Shown here: positions 62,345 through 63,018 of the stretch, piece by piece
How positions within the stretch are numbered: the stretch's first letter is position 1
Layout: every line of letters begins with the position of its first letter
Assembly (NCBI GenBank): GCA_964347025.1
Contig: CAYFWU010000003.1
Span: 8,834-71,851 of the forward strand
Reading direction: 5' to 3'
DNA length: 63,018 nucleotides
DNA from: an uncultured archaeon
Lineage (GTDB): Archaea > Aenigmatarchaeota > Aenigmatarchaeia > QMZP01 > QMZT01
Notes under the pieces: model-generated
Seen by the model: the letters and a program-made list of their open reading frames with translations, nothing else
What the model was told of the DNA's origin: nothing
The model's database searches: none
Translations under genes and position numbers: made by a program

Positions 62345-62388
62345 CTCCTGTTTTTCCTGTACAAAAAGTTTAAATATGTTTGCGCGTA
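62345..62388 (+). promoter_or_regulatory. Promoter cassette copy 2 (CTCCTGTTTTTCCTGTACAAAAAGTTTAAATATG...GCGCGTA)
   Basis: See copy 1. TTTAAATA at 62369-62376; TGTACA at 62358-62363. Confidence 0.55.
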
Positions 62389-62410
62389 AATATATTCCAA
62401 GTGGGGTCTC

Positions 62411-62494
62411 ATGAGACTGGATTTCAAAAAACTTGAAAGCAAACTGTACCTTCTAGGCCTCATTCTCGCAATCGTTATCATATTGCTCAGATAG
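62411..62494 (+). CDS. Putative 27-aa hydrophobic mini-protein
   Basis: Manual translation MRLDFKKLESKLYLLGLILAIVIILLR. Starts ~11 nt after the TSS predicted from cassette copy 2. Confidence 0.3.
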   Translation: MRLDFKKLESKLYLLGLILAIVIILLR

Positions 62495-62517
62495 ACCGGC
62501 CGAATTTCTCCGGTCTA
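62492..62517 (+). other. Hairpin (8-bp stem TAGACCGG/CCGGTCTA, 10-nt loop) overlapping the mini-ORF stop codon
   Basis: Inverted repeat verified by eye. Could be a transcript-end or stability element. Confidence 0.35.
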
Positions 62518-62547
62518 GTTTCAATCGATCAATACAGGAGACTATAA

Positions 62548-62634
62548 ATGACCCTGAATGGGTGCAAAGGGAATGAAAACGGGATTTCCTTAGCCTCAAT
62601 AATACTCATTTTGGGTCTCATACTGCTCATCTAG
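62548..62634 (+). CDS. Putative 28-aa hydrophobic mini-protein, paralog-like to 62411-62494
   Basis: Manual translation MTLNGCKGNENGISLASIILILGLILLI. Shares the LGLIL hydrophobic C-terminus. Confidence 0.25.
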   Translation: MTLNGCKGNENGISLASIILILGLILLI

Positions 62635-62713
62635 ATTCCAGGAGGTTCCCTGGGTCTGGATGTCCGTTTTCTGGATTCAGGAAGGCCTCCAAAAGTACAA
62701 GGAGGATACGAAA

Positions 62714-62863
62714 ATGGAAGATAAAAGGGAGTTCGACCTGAGAAAATTCAATCCGGATAAATACCTTTTTGAAAATGTGTACGCCAGCTCTAACCCCGGC
62801 TTTGATGAGATAGACCTGAGAACATATTTCGAGTTGACCGAGGGCCTGGGGAACGGGCCCTGA
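62714..62863 (+). CDS. Small hypothetical protein (49 aa)
   Basis: ATG at 62714 preceded by AGGAGG (62699-62704), within ORF 62660-62863: MEDKREFDLRKFNPDKYLFENVYASSNPGFDEIDLRTYFELTEGLGNGP. Confidence 0.45.
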   Translation: MEDKREFDLRKFNPDKYLFENVYASSNPGFDEIDLRTYFELTEGLGNGP

Positions 62864-62896
62864 AATGGTTATCAAAAAGAACAAGGAGGTGAAGGA

Positions 62897-63018
62897 ATGG
62901 AAGAGTTCAAAGCTCGAACAAGCAAATTGAACATGAAAGATGGAGTACAGGCAATCAACTTAAAAAAAAAGATGAGCAGATTGCAGAGCTGGGCAAAGCA
63001 CTTGATCAAGAACAACAT
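62897..63018 (+). CDS. Hypothetical protein, N-terminal fragment (runs off the right edge)
   Basis: ATG at 62897 preceded by AAGGAGGTGA. Manual translation MEEFKARTSKLNMKDGVQAINLKKKMSRLQSWAKHLIKNN.. is open to the window end. Confidence 0.45.
   Translation, partial: MEEFKARTSKLNMKDGVQAINLKKKMSRLQSWAKHLIKNN

Noticed and set aside
62090-62481. Minus-strand ORFs 62090-62281 and 62281-62481.
   Set aside because: They run antisense through the duplicated plus-strand promoter cassettes and the zinc-ribbon ORF. They have no promoter or SD, and their sequence is odd and low-complexity. The plus-strand small ORFs with correct TATA spacing explain the region better.
56288-63018. An integrated mobile element or genomic island next to the tRNA gene.
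   Set aside because: I recognised no integrase, transposase or recombinase, and noticed no direct repeat of the tRNA 3' half. The neighbouring genes are housekeeping (fbp, tpiA, HIT).

Overview
Archaeal window of about 63 kb; this is my inference from TATA-box/leaderless promoter geometry, an intron-containing tRNA with archaeal identity elements, the archaeal-type FBP aldolase/phosphatase and TIM, and K/E/I-rich proteins. About 90% of it (1-56287) is one co-directional minus-strand cluster dominated by a single uninterrupted 43.6-kb ORF of 14,525 codons. By manual reading this ORF encodes, in order: a cytoplasmic winged-helix domain, a TM helix, roughly 14,000 aa of N-X-S/T-rich and Cys-containing modular ectodomain, a second TM helix, and a cytoplasmic HerA/FtsK-type P-loop ATPase. 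The ectodomain holds 22 supermodules of about 1 kb each, three 2.6-kb macro-cassettes and a unique N-terminal region. Downstream on the same strand lie a coiled-coil protein with SHOCT-like motifs, a 1,994-aa surface protein whose cytoplasmic tail carries the same motif, a hypothetical protein, a MinD/ParA ATPase with a C-terminal amphipathic helix, a small membrane-anchored coiled-coil protein, and two paralogous long coiled-coil proteins. A paralogous soluble wHTH gene is transcribed divergently from the giant gene, across an intergenic region with two perfect 16-bp palindromes. I regard this cluster as the candidate undescribed system: a surface fibre coupled to a cytoplasmic motor and scaffold. 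The right flank is ordinary: fbp, tpiA, a HIT hydrolase, a tRNA-Tyr with two 67-nt introns, and small ORFs behind a duplicated promoter cassette. All homology calls come from motif recognition by eye. No searches were run, and domain-level coordinates are approximate (about +/-30 nt).
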